Below are positions 24,449-37,378 of a DNA stretch of 64,000 bases, piece by piece. The notes under the pieces are model-generated. The model was given only the letters and a program-made list of their open reading frames with translations, was not told where the DNA came from and made no database searches. The DNA is from Octopus sinensis (lineage: Eukaryota). How positions within the stretch are numbered: the first letter of the stretch is position 1; each line of letters starts with the position of its first letter. The translations under genes and the position numbers were made by a program. The stretch lies in NCBI RefSeq assembly GCF_006345805.1, contig NC_043004.1, forward strand, positions 38,750,001 to 38,814,000, in the 5' to 3' direction.

Positions 24449-24528
24449 TATATATATGTAGGTAAGAATGATAGTATATATATATATATATATATATATA
24501 TACTATCATTCTTACCTACATATATATA
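24449..24528. repeat. Perfect 80-bp palindrome centred on (TA)n
   Basis: GTAGGTAAGAATGATAG-(TA)14-CTATCATTCTTACCTAC with TA flanks. Confidence 0.9.
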
Positions 24529-25051
24529 ATTCGTTTATTTATCTATTTATTTATCTACTTATTTATTTTTTATGTATCTATCTCTCTTTCTCATAAGTAT
24601 CATAGGTAATTGCCTATATGGCCGTTGTGTGTGTATTTCTCTGTATGTATCTGTGTATTATTTACGGCTTTTTTCCTTTTCCCTTTCTATTCACATACCT
24701 ATTCTTTTTAATCGTGTGATGAGGTGTGGTTGTGGGTGTTACTTAAGATTTGTAGACATTTGACATCTACTACTAGCGTATTCGCAACCAAATACCTCTA
24801 CAGTCGGAGTCCGGAATTACCATACTCTTATATATATATATATATGAGATGCAGCATGAAGCTTTGTCAGTGAACAGGTCGCAGTCTCAAAGCGATGAAA
24901 ATATTTTGATAAATTAAATTTAAATGTTGAAGTGAATCTAATGGTTTTGTGTGTTTCTTAAATGGCTTATAAACACTTTCCACGCTGCAATGGTTTTCGT
25001 TCCAGCACACGATCGCAGATCAAGTCACTCACTATGCAAGTACATCTCTCC

Positions 25052-25086
<35 letters not shown>

Positions 25087-25626
25087 ATATATATATATAT
25101 GTCAGAAAGGTTCAGTTCAGTTAGAGCAGTTTTACTTTGGTGGTGGGGGTAAAGTTAGATTTCTAATAAAGATTCTTCATAATAAATTTGTAGCTTGCTA
25201 TTGCAAGTACTTCATTAAAAACATGAAAATTTTACAAGTATAAGGTGTATTATGAGCATTTATAGAACACAGTTCTCTATAAAGTCAACAAACAGTAAAA
25301 GATGGATAAGAGATGTTAAAAGTTTGATAACATTTTAATCCATGCATACGATCGTTTCAAATGGTAACACCAACACCTGGAAATATGGAAGATATTTAAA
25401 TTAATTGTAATTAATTTAATTATATATTACTATTCTCGTCAGTGCAAAAAAATGAAGTAAAGATCAGAAAAGTCCTAACAGAAGAAGAAATATTTTGTTA
25501 CAGGAGACAGCATTTAGTCCGTGTCGGATAACTCATCGATATTAATAAAAATAATGTGAAAGATGAAATATAAAATATAAAAACAAGATTATGTAGTGTT
25601 GAGTGTAGTTATGTGTATATACATAA

Positions 25627-25729
25627 AAGGCGCAGGAATGGCAGTGTGATAACAGGGTTGCTTCCCAACCACGTAGTTCCGGGATTAGTCCCACTGCATG
25701 ACACCTTACAAGTCACTCGAAGATCGTCG

Positions 25730-25735
<6 letters not shown>
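25627..25735 (+). mobile_element. Diverged, internally deleted SINE-A head
   Basis: AGGCGCAGGAATGGCAGTGTG...GTCCCACTGC...GTCGTATA. Confidence 0.6.
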
Positions 25736-25762
<27 letters not shown>

Positions 25763-25765
25763 TTG

Positions 25766-25806
<41 letters not shown>

Positions 25807-25836
25807 TATTATATATATATATATATAATATATATA

Positions 25837-25875
25837 TAGGCGCAGGAGTGGCTGTGTGGTAAGTAGCTTGCTAAC
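25837..25875 (+). mobile_element. SINE-A head, split by the 2.2-kb insertion (continues at 28101)
   Basis: TAGGCGCAGGAGTGGCTGTGTGGT followed by the TSD AAGTAGCTTGCTAAC. Confidence 0.85.
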
Positions 25876-26558
25876 GCACATGTGCAATTAGTCAGTTGCT
25901 TCCTGTTCAGCCAGAGTGGACGCGAGTCAATCAGCTCCGTCCAATTAAAGAAAAAAAACCAAAAACGGAAAGTTGTCGAGGTAAGTGATTTTGTTTATTG
26001 TGAGTTGGGCATAATTTATTGCGTGCCAATTATTATTTCAGTAAGTTGTGTCCAACTCTGAGACAATTTCGCCTGTTCTCGGCGGCTGCCGTTTTTGTGT
26101 TCATTGAAAAAAAAAAAAAAACAGTGGAGGGGCGTATCCTCAGAATTCAATACATTTACTGTTACAATTACCGTTGGCGGTAGCCAGTGCTGTGTTTGGG
26201 TTTGTTGAATTTATTCCCTTGTCAGAGTACTTCGCAAGAAAATTATAAAAATAAGCCACTATTGGATTACCTTTCGGACCCATTTTTGTGGAGGTTGTGT
26301 TGCAGTTACGGCGCTCCAGGTTCAATCCAGAGCGGGAGTACCGCAAGGCCAGAATATTTTTGCTGTGTTTTTTCTGTTTATTAACTTTCTTTTGAACTTC
26401 ATTGATTTTTTTCTTTATTGCGACTTTCCGTTAATTTCCTCCCTTCTGTTGTGCTTTCTCCTTTTTGTTTTTTCAAAAATCTATCAAATTTTATTTGGGC
26501 TTTTGAACTTTTTTCTTCCTACTTTTGAGTTTAATTTGAATATATTTTAAAAAAAAAC

Positions 26559-27796
26559 ATGGCAATGAAAAATAACAAAATTTTGGAGTGGGAAATCATA
26601 CCACCTAAAAAGTGGTTAAAAGACCGTGTGATAGGACGGTGGTGTTGAGAACCTACTCCAAGGCACTTGACACCATCGCCCTATTCGAAAAGACGGCAAT
26701 TGAAAAGGAGTTGGAAGAGTATTTGCCAACAATTAAATTCATTTCCAGGGGTGTCAAATATGCAACGGTGTGGTTGCTATTTGACACCCCTGAAGAAGCT
26801 TGCAAATTTGCTAGCAAACCCCTGGAGGGTAAGGAAATCTTATTCCTGCACACGTACAAAAAAAAAGAAATTGATGAAAGCTTGGATTTGCGGACTGCCA
26901 CCCGACATAGAACCCGAGTGGATAGAGGAGACTATCCGCCGGGGTCTGTGTGACAGCGAAACTAAGCTCCTCAATGTAAAAGTTCTTCCTGCGGCTGCTT
27001 GGGTTGGGTCAAAAGCAATTTTGACCCTGTGGACCCAATCAGCCAATCTGGTTCTTCCAGATTTTTTGAAAATGGCCGGGTGCAGGTACCCGGTGATGCT
27101 TGAGGGTCGCCCCCCTAAGTGTCATCGGTGCTTGGAGTCCGGCCACATAAAGAAGAACTGTCCCCGGGAACAAAATAGGATCCCGGAACAGTTAAGTAAA
27201 ACCCCTCTAGAAGAGGGAGCGATAACGCCGAGAAAGCAGAGGACTCCTCAAACAGAGGCCGAAAGAGAAGGTGAGCAACAATGGGTGCTCACCAAAGGAT
27301 AATAGGGATGAGGAGAGGAAGGCGAATCTTCCAGCCACGGAGGAGACGCACCCTCCCTCAGTTGAAAAGGGAAAAAAAAAGAAAAAGAGGAAGAAAAACG
27401 GGACATTACCGGCTGTCAGTGTAGCACCGGAATGTCCCGGAACTACGTCGGTTGGGGTTGTGCCACCGACAAGAGAAGGAATACCGTTGGCGGAAACTGT
27501 GCCGCCACGAAAGAACTGACGTATTGGTCCTCTTCTATAGAGGAGGAGAAATTGAAAAAGTGATGGAAGAGCACTACAAGGGAGCACCTTTAGCCTTCAC
27601 ACAGGACCCCGAATGGCCTCCGCAGGTAGCTGTAGAGGCCGTGGCGTTCGACGTAACGCTTGGGCTAAAGGAGCTCAATGAAGATTATAACTTGGTCCGG
27701 GCGACGCGAACTCGGAACTTGACTACGTTCAGGGAGGCGTGGTTGATGGTGGAGGCGCGGGTACAAGCTATTTCGAGGACGATATGTAATTATTGA
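26559..27796 (+). pseudogene. Frameshifted ORF1/gag-like protein (RRM-like region, zinc knuckle CHRCLESGHIKKNC, basic KKKKKRKK tract)
   Basis: ORF-track pieces 26612-26953, 26667-27302, 27271-27519 and 27452-27796 join by frameshifts, one at the A9 run 26858-26866. CX2CX4HX4C at 27120-27161. Confidence 0.75.
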
Positions 27797-27804
27797 ACTG
27801 TTAT

Positions 27805-27930
27805 TATTACTAATGGACTTAAGTCCAAAATTGAAAAATTGTAAGAGGATTAATACCTCGTTTTGTATTAATAATGGACTGCTAAGTCCAAAAATTGGAA
27901 AATTGTAAGAGGTTTAATACCTCGTTTTGT
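27805..27930 (+). repeat. About 60-bp tandem duplication in the element 3'UTR
   Basis: TAATGGACT..AAGTCCAAAA..GTAAGAGG.TTAATACCTCGTTTTGT occurs twice. Confidence 0.85.
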
Positions 27931-28100
27931 GTTTATCTTAAAAAGAAAAATGTTTTAGAGAACGAAAGTCGGCGGGCGCTTTTTGTCTTCTCCCATCCTT
28001 ATCATCTTTCTTTCATTATCATTCACCTCATTAATGTCCTCGTCCAGCCCGCAAAGCTAACTTAATCTGTGTACTGCCTTTATGGCAAATGTTTTGAAAA

Positions 28101-28490
28101 AAGTAGCTTGCTAACCACCACATGGTTCCGGGTTCAGTCCCACTGCGTGGCATCTTGGGGCAGTGTCTTCTGCTATAGCCCCGGGTCGACCAATGCCTTG
28201 TGAGTGGATTTGGTAGACGGAAACTGAAAGAAGCCTGTCGTATATATGTATATATATATGTGTGTATGTGTGTTTGTGTGCGTGTGTGTGTATGTCTGTG
28301 TTTGTCCCCCTTGCATTGCTTGACAACCGATGCTGGTGTGTTTAAGTCCCCGTCACTTAGCGGTTCGGCAAAAGAGACCGAAAGAATAAGTACTGGGCTT
28401 ACAAAGAATAAGTCCCGGGGTCGATTTGCTCGACTAAAAGGCGGTGCTCCAGCATGGCCGCAGTCAAATGACTGAAACAAGTAAAAAAAA
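28101..28490 (+). mobile_element. SINE-A remainder after the insertion
   Basis: Resumes at the TSD and is collinear to the tail. Confidence 0.9.
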
Positions 28491-28519
28491 AAAATATGTA
28501 TATATCTTTGTGTGAGTGT

Positions 28520-28680
28520 ATCTGTGTTCGTCCCCGTCGCCTTCACTTGACAATTGATGCTGGTGTGTTTATGTCCCCGTAATTTAGCGGGGACATAATA
28601 GAATAATTACTTCGACTAACAACTTTAAGATGTTGCTCCAGCAGGGCCGTAGTCAAATGAATGAAACGTCTAAAGGAATA
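28520..28680 (+). mobile_element. Diverged SINE-A 3' fragment
   Basis: GATGCTGGTGTGTTTATGTCCCCGTAA...GCTCCAGCAGGGCCGTAGTCAAATG. Confidence 0.7.
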
Positions 28681-29299
28681 CATAACACATGCATACATAC
28701 ATGCATACAAACATACATACATACGTACGTACACACAGACATACGTATATAATTTCATCATCCCATAACCTTTTCCTGTCTGTTTCTCTCTCTCTCTCCA
28801 TTTCTTCCTCTCATTCGTCACTAACATTTTTTGTACTTTTTACTAGCAATGAAGATTGCAATAAATTTCTTGATCATTTTGACGCCTTCTCATATTAATA
28901 TGTAAATCTTAAAGGCGCAGAATTCTCAATATATGTGATAAGATACTTGAATGATATTGCATGTATGACAGAAACCGACATGAAATGAATAGGGAAGCGG
29001 AGATTATTATCACAGAATCAAAGCCGATACAGGCATCATCATCAAGGAAAAACAAATATCTCTCACTTAGATCTAACGCAAGGAAACTGCTGACTCAAGA
29101 TTAGAAATAAGGAATAGACAGAAGGAATGCATTCAAGCATTACTAAGTCGATTTATTCCACAAAATGGAGAAAATATTTTCCTTGTCGTAAAAAGATGGT
29201 CAATGAATTGGGGCAAGATCATTATAGCTGTGACCCTAGAGGCTATAAATCATTTGATTTACAGCTTTCTTTGGTTATTGGCTGCTCCCCAGAGCTTAC

Positions 29300-29530
29300 C
29301 TTCGAGACACAGGGCCTATTTAACATTTCGTCTTGCTTATGTCGCTGGTGGGGAGATAAATATTCGCCATCTTCAGCGCCGAGGAGGCCACCAGATCAGG
29401 TGATTTCGACTTCCTTCGTTTCGTCAATGATAGACGTTTGACCACAAGAGATAGCAGTATCTCATCCTCCAGTCAGCGAGATATATATAAAAACTGTGCC
29501 AGAACAGGCGCTGGTGTCGCGATTAGCCAG
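29300..29530 (-). promoter_or_regulatory. Candidate promoter / first exon of the minus-strand gene
   Basis: Locally CpG-rich. Minus-strand donor AAG|GTAAGC at 29299. YY1-like AAGATGGCG at 29373-29365. TATATAAA on the plus strand at 29484-29491. Confidence 0.35.
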
Positions 29531-29598
29531 TGAGCTAATGTATGCATATACACACATCTCTATGTGCATGTGCGTTTGTGTGTGGTGTGTGTGTGTGT

Positions 29599-29643
<45 letters not shown>

Positions 29644-30651
29644 CGTAATGCAGACAGAATCATACTAGTACTTGAGTTCAGAAGAACGTTCAGTAAAATT
29701 TGGAGAACAGATGAAGTTCTCACAGAGTGAAAGAACTTAAGATAGTTGAGAAGAGCGATTTGCACAAATATGGAAACCTGTTAATTCTGGTGATGCAGAA
29801 TAATGTTTGCATGAAAAGGAAAGATAGGAACGCACAAAATTTTAGGTAGGTTTCATGTTCAGATCTTTACAATAGGTCTATTATTTAGTCGGCGTACAAG
29901 ATGTTCAATTCCAGAAAGCATTTGACAGTGGTAATCTTGGCCGAAGATAATGTGAAAACACAGTTTACTATCGTTTTATCTGCCGGAACTTCATAACATT
30001 CGGCAGCTCAGCCACACTGGTTGCACAAACCGTTCAGTAAAACAAATATACGAACTAAACATTATAGTCACTTTATTGATTCCATAGGTTCACTTAAAGG
30101 CATAATTAAACGCAACAGTCTGGAAATACAGAAGAGTTTCTATTTAAAATATACCAGATAGTCTTTATCAAATTTCATGATTCAAGTTAAAAATCTCTCA
30201 GTTGCAATAGTCTCTATTTGGTAATGTTAAAATTTTATCGCATATGTCCGACGAAAATGCAATTACCTGATATATAAAAGAACTGTATCTCTCAGATGTA
30301 ATGTCTATTAAGTTGTCAGATCATTACAGAATAAATTTATCGCATGATATCTATTAAAAAATCAATTTTAAATATCGTGTGTCTTCTGCATACCAATTAC
30401 ACAGACAGACACACACACACACACGTGCTCACCTAAGCACACACACGCACGCGCGCACACACACGCACACACACGCACACACACCACACACACACACACA
30501 CAAAATACGCTTTCTTTGTGTGCCTATATATATATATATATATATAATATATATATCACAATAATCGGCTTTAGTTAACTCTAAAACAGAAAGGGTTGGA
30601 GCTGAGTCTAAAATGCCTGATAATCTGTATAACACACACACATTTTAATAT

Positions 30652-30701
<50 letters not shown>

Positions 30702-31259
30702 CAGTGCGTATGTGTGCCTGTCTGTAAATGCTTGTCTCTGAGTGTCTGTATACATGTATTGTATGCAGTATGTTTGTATGTATTTATGTATTATGTATTT
30801 ACTCATTCACTTACAAATTTTGCTTAAATTTTGACCGCCTTACCTCTTGGTAGCTTGGTTGTAAAAGTAAACATCTTTTGTATATCATCCTTGAAAGTTT
30901 AAGACGGTCGTTCTGAATTTGATAGTCCCAGATATGATCATTTGTAGTAAATGTATTAAGGATTTGCGTTCTCTCCCCAAGAACGCAAGGTCAGCCATAC
31001 TTTGCTCCAGACGGGTTGATAAGTATCCTGTTTCTCTAATAATAATTATTATAATTGGTATGAAATTGGACGTGTATCTAGAGTACTGGATTTGCAATCA
31101 CCTTGTCAATAGTCCATAGATGTCCCCTTTCTCTTGTATTTTTCTAATCCCATTGAAGTTCAGAGGGTAGATTATCGCCACAACAAAACATATATTTTCC
31201 TTGTATTAGGACCCAACAGTATTTCAACGGTTGTGTTTTATATGTATGTATTTATGTAC

Positions 31260-31301
<42 letters not shown>

Positions 31302-33186
31302 CGTTACAGTTGTTGATGTTCGACCTCTCTCGCTCTATCTATCCATCTATCTATCTATCTATCTATCTATTTAGTTATGTATACACGCATGTATATATGT
31401 GTGTGTGTGTATGTCTGTATCTCACGTAAATATATACATAAGAAAACACTCTTCACTGAAATACTGAGATATGAGGAAATTCGTAGCCAAACATTATTAG
31501 CTACCAAATATTATTACAAATAAATATTTGCTAGAAAATTTTGCTTTTTATTTTTACCCAATTTGCTTCTTTTATGAAACGCATACTCCTGCCAATCTCA
31601 TTTCTTACCAGTTAACACAGCACTTTATAGATATATAATTCTCTCATACGGATTTCAGGTATTCATAAAGTAGATTGTGGTGAAAGCATGATAGAATATC
31701 CTCTGCAGGGAAAAAGAGCGCCAGTGACCAGCTCATTGAATAACTTGAACATAATTATCTGCTTAAATCTATATAGAAATTATATTTGTTATGTCTTATG
31801 ACTCAGATTCGATAATCATTTTCTTTTCTCTTACCAAATACATTTTTCATTTCAGATCTTCTCCCTTGCCAAACAAAAACAATAATGTTACTATCCACTC
31901 CATAGAAATAAATTGGCGCACACGTTTTGACTCACATATACAAGTGTATATGCTTCCAGCACCAATGTTAGTTTACGCATGTCTGTACATGCGTGCCAGT
32001 GTGTGAGATTATATATATCTATGTCATAGAGCGTGCTTATGTGATTTAGAAAATTTCCTTTTTGATTTCTAGTAAATAGGAGAGCTATGAACAGGAGGAT
32101 TGCACACGTACAATATAAGTATATTTTGAAGATTCTTAATTTCCCGGAAGACATCATTCTCAAGAAAACAGGAACAAACACAAATATAATTTTCCATATA
32201 GTAACAGGAGAATATAATTCGGGTGTGATATTTGAAAATTCCAGGAAACGGGATTTTAAAAATATTTACACTCCTAACTTCTCGGAAATGACGTATTACG
32301 AAAAATAGAGAAGCCATGATACTTGCACGCATGCATACATACATAAATGCATAGCTGCATGCATACATAAATACATAAATGAATGTGCTTTTGCGCGCAT
32401 CTGTGTTTCTGTATGGAGTTGGGGAGGCGTGCATATTATGATCAAGTCCAGGCATAGTATATAAATCAAAATAAAATGAAGTCTTGATAATTTATTCAAC
32501 ATCAAAGCACCAGACGAGATGTGTTAAATATTCAAAGGCCAAATTCAACCTAAAATTGTTATAAATTTCCTTCATTGAATTAGGAGGAATCCGACCCAGG
32601 ATGATAATACAATTCGTCTTATTCATCGTAAATTCTTATCGTAACATATGTACATTTGAAGTGAAAGGGACGAAAGATATGTTACTGCACCTGCTAAAGG
32701 CCTGTAATAACTCGTTACTGGAACTGACATCTGATGGTCGGGAATTTCTGCGCCGAATAACTTTCCCTAATTAGCGCCACAGAAATGAGAGACACGGGGG
32801 AATAGTAGCAGAAGAAATACTTGGCTATCTTAAATCGGAATGTTAAAATAAAGCTATAAGAAAAATATTAAGAAATCGTGCGAATAAGTTGTCAGTCAAG
32901 ATATGATTGGCAAATAGTTACTAATTTCTTATTCCTTGGTTGTGATTGATAATTCTTGTTCTTTTGTTTTTTATCGACCAGAGAACTGTTACATTTTTAG
33001 TAAAACCTTACGATATGAAATTAAAGTGCAGATTGGTATCATGATTTACGAGTGCCAGTCGTAAGTATTGGATTACACAAGCAGCTGCTGTAAGCACATA
33101 CTCACGAACACATACATGCACACATACATACATACATACATACATACATACATACATACATACATACATACACACACACACATGTA

Positions 33187-34575
33187 TCAGGTTGGTGCAA
33201 AGGTAATGTCCGAGTTTTTAGAAAACAGTTTTAGATATTGTGACGTATATTTGCCATTTAAATATGGCTAACCCCTAAGGGTGGATGCTCCTGTAGTTTG
33301 TAGCCCCAAGAGGACACCTCCTCCAGCTGGCTATAGATACACTTTCTTTGCCCTATCAGTATTTGCAAAGGGAAGCCATCCTTCCCGTATTCAACTTATG
33401 ATGCACACGGACTCGAGTTTCTAGGTATTGGCCCGTCATCGGCGTGTGACAATCATAGACAATCAAATATACGTCACGATGTGTTGCAGCTACTGTTTAT
33501 AACTCGCTCTAAGATTTGCTATTGGTAGCTTTAGATATATTTTTTTTTAAATTGTGCCTCTTGCAATGTATTAAAAATGTCACAATGAGTAACACATTTT
33601 CCTTTCACATTCTGATTTTAATGGCCATAATATTCTGCTATATTCGCACTCATGTGTGTGCCATTTAAAGATAACTTTAGACACATCTTACTCTGTAAGT
33701 TTCATAAAGGTGTCAATACAAGCACAGCAGCGTAGTCTCTTCAGAGAGTTTATGGGGATGATGTAGGGAGTGAAATAGGTTGCAGGAGATGGTTTTTCTC
33801 ACTTTCGATTGGGGGTTTGAGTTTGAAAGACGAGCCGAAAGAAGGTCGTTCAAAACAACTTGATTCCGAGGAGTTGGAAACTGTTGTCACAGAAGATCCA
33901 ACCGCTACCTGTAGAGAACCTGCATACAACGTAGCCCATACAAACTGTTCTACACCAACTGGAAAAGATCGGAAAGGTTTCAGTGGTTAGAAAATGAGTC
34001 CTGCACGAACTATCTCCAGAGAGTCTGCAGCAGCGTGTTGTTTGTTGTCAGTCATTGCCTTCGCGACACCTTAAGGAACCATTTTTAGGGAGACTTGTTA
34101 CAGGTTAGCATAACGTTAAACGCCGCCAATCGTGGATCAGTCGAAGAGGGAGACCTGTTCAACAACAAAGAAGTGGACTTCATCCAAGAAAGATTATGTT
34201 GAGTGTACAGTGGGATACTGAAGGAATTGTCCATCATGAACTGTTAGACATTAATAAACAATTACTGATAATCTCTACTGTGATCAACTTCATCGTTTGA
34301 AAGCTGCTTTGGACAGAAAGCGACGCAGCTTAGTCAACAGAAACAGTGTCATTTCTACTCCGATAATGCTCGTCCTCACCTAGCTCGAATGACCAAATAT
34401 CTCTTGGAAGAGTTTGACTGGGAAATATTGCTTCATCCTTCATATTCTCCAGATATTTCTCCTTCTGATTGTCACTTATTTCGGGGACTACGGAACCATT
34501 TGAATGGTCTTATGTTGGCATCAAGAGTAGAGATTGAAGACATGTTGGATTCCTATTTACAAGCGCGGCGTTTAT
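33187..34575 (+). mobile_element. Degenerate mariner (DD34D) transposon
   Basis: TA plus left TIR TCAGGTTGGTGCAAAGGTAA. Broken transposase with GLHPRKIMLSV.WD and DNARPH...HPSYSPDISPSD (34 residues between the Ds). No right TIR seen. Confidence 0.9.
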
Positions 34576-34588
34576 AAGCTTATTGACA

Positions 34589-34650
<62 letters not shown>

Positions 34651-34780
34651 GTGTGTACTAGCAGTATCGCCCGGCGTTGCGGTTTGTTTAGACCCTTTAG
34701 AATTAGAATTTTTGGTGTTAACAGGGTCCGATTTGAATTTTTTCTTCTACGGAAGGAAGAGATAGCCTTGTTCTATCATA

Positions 34781-34811
<31 letters not shown>

Positions 34812-34812
<1 letters not shown>

Positions 34813-35072
34813 CATGAGACGCTCTCGCGTCTCATGTTTGATCTTTGACCTCTGGCCGAAATCAGATCGCCATGTTGATTCGTTAGTTACTGCACGCATT
34901 TTTTTTCTCTCCTTTCTGTGTTTTTTTTCTGTCTGTGTATCTTTCTGTTGAAGAGCGTAGGCTCGAAACGTTAAAGACTTGTTTTATTTATATTTCCTGA
35001 GCGCCATCTAATACAATTGTTTGTTTGTTTTCCACCTGCCTTCGTCTTTTGTCTATTTTCATAAGTTCCCGT
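34812..35072 (+). mobile_element. Short pLTR-like element with hammerhead-like motif, inside (TA)n
   Basis: TCTTT-CTGTTGAA-GAGC(gtag)GCTC-GAAACGTT-AAAGA at 34940-34977. An 11-bp-arm hairpin sits at the left junction (34812-34837). Confidence 0.6.
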
Positions 35073-35113
35073 TATATATATATATATATATAATATAATA
35101 TATATATATATAT

Positions 35114-35165
<52 letters not shown>

Positions 35166-35261
35166 TATATATATAGTATATATATATATTGTATATATAT
35201 ATATATATGTAATATTATTATATATTATAATAATATATATAATATATATATATATATCTAT

Positions 35262-35295
<34 letters not shown>

Positions 35296-35785
35296 CATAC
35301 TATACATATATATATGATGATATATATTATTAATACGAAAAACCCCCTCCAGCTACATCCCGAAAATTAATTTCTTTGCCGAATTTCTACAATGTTTACG
35401 GCGATTCGTTTTTATATCTTGATTTTTTTCTTTTTCATGCTATTTACGCATGCTTGCACGCGTGGTGAACACAGTTCACGTCAAACAGCTGACTGAATAA
35501 AATTCATTATTCAATGCATGGAATAAGGCCTAAACAAACACATTATCGATTTTTGCACTTGCGAGATGAATTTCGGAACAGAAATAGCGCAGTTCAATTT
35601 TCATTCGCCTAAACTTTATGTTACCCATTTTTGGTGGTTCTACGATTTGTTGGCTAGGAAGAGATGTGCCGGGAATTTAAATACACAGACACACACACAG
35701 ATACACACACAGACACACACAGACACACAAGTTGAATTTTATTATATATATATGATATGTATATATGTATATATATATAATATAT

Positions 35786-35817
<32 letters not shown>

Positions 35818-35989
35818 CATGCATACATATGTTTAATGCATACATGCATAATACATACACGTAATACATACATGTACATGTACACACATATACGTACATG
35901 CATGCATGCATACATACATACATACATACATACATACATACATACATACATACATACATACATACATACAATGAGATACACACAGTGCT

Positions 35990-36660
35990 TCCAACGACCA
36001 GTTTTTAGTAACGTCGAAAATATCGTTGAAAGCACATGTCCATAATACTACGAATTATGAAGAAACAGAGATCCGGAATTCTAAACCATTCAGTTAAGCT
36101 TGGGCACATTGCGGTAATACAAAAAGTAATGCAGCTAAGTTGACTAGTCACGTGTGGAGATTGACAGCCAACTCCATACCACCTACAATCAAGTGGGGAA
36201 ATCCAAACCATATGCTAATGGATCTAGGAAGGAAGTGTAACTTATGCTAGTAGAAAGATTTAATATTCTTCTTAGATCCAAAATTCCAACACTCTACTTA
36301 AAATCCAGTTCTCGAACTTTAGTAGGTGTAAACTCATAGAAAGATTACCTTTGTAGAATTGAAGGACACCACCCGCTACGGTCAAAGTTGTTTTGTCGAA
36401 GACTGACAATTTTTCTGTTATTTCGTTCTATACGAAAGGCATTAATTGTGGTTTCTGCAATCGGAGAGGACGGGGCCTCAGTTTTATTGCTTCCGTTTCC
36501 CTCTGCTCGTTCTATTTTTGCATCAACATTTTTTTTTGCGTTTCTCTTTTCGTTTATTTTTCTTATTTTCTCAATATCCGGCGTCCTTGCCTCAAAACTA
36601 TATGTAACGCTTAAACAGCGCCTGAAAGATTACTTGGAGATACAGGCCGTATTTTATAAA
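35990..36660 (+). mobile_element. Degenerate Penelope-like element: GIY-YIG C-terminal part plus pLTR-like 3' region
   Basis: Frameshifted translation KLTSHVWRLTANSIPPTIKW...KPYANGSR..CNLC resembles the PLE GIY-YIG tail. Confidence 0.6.
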
Positions 36661-37305
36661 TCTGGTTAGTTAAAGCATCATTATAGTATGAGACTATTAA
36701 TAACTCTTTCGGTTGTGCTTTAACATGATATTTATCTCTCACTGGATGCAGTACTTTATGTATGTATTATGTATGTATGTATGTCTGTATGTATGTATAT
36801 TTATATTATATATATATACTATATATATATAATATATATATATATATAATATATATATAATACATATACATATACGTATACATATACATACCATATATAT
36901 ATATAAATAATATATATATATACGTACATATATATATGTATGTATACGCGTGTTTGTGTATGTGTGTGTCTGTGTGTCTTTGTGTATGTATATATATGTG
37001 TGACGTTTAGGTTAGGGAAAATATGTTTGTGACATATTGCATCTTCTAGAGGCAAATCTACTGCAGTTACAGTGAAAAAAATTTTTTATGAAAAAGTTAT
37101 GAAAGTACCATATCTGCCAATGCTGCCCATTGAGGGTGGCCTAAGAATCAGAAACGCGGTGCGTGGGAATCTGATCGAGGGAAATGCTGCGCAGATATGA
37201 TTTTTTTAATACATCTTACTTTTTCTTTCTCCAAGGTAAGTACAGTAAATTTAACTTTAGAACGTAAAGTACGCATATGCCCTGTAACTGCTTGCCACAG
37301 ATGGT

Positions 37306-37376
<71 letters not shown>

Positions 37377-37378
<2 letters not shown>

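Larger units (their letters stand above)
25876..28100 (+). mobile_element. Non-autonomous non-LTR retroelement with gag-like ORF1 only, 15-bp TSD
   Basis: TSD AAGTAGCTTGCTAAC at 25861-25875 and 28101-28115. About 680-bp 5'UTR, frameshifted ORF with CCHC knuckle, 3'UTR ending in a short A run. No EN or RT motifs inside. Confidence 0.8.

Noticed and set aside
25981-26041. 61-nt GT-AG mini-intron in the 5'UTR of the ORF1-only element
   Set aside because: Consensus-like sites, but a retrotransposed copy retaining it argues against efficient splicing. No further support.
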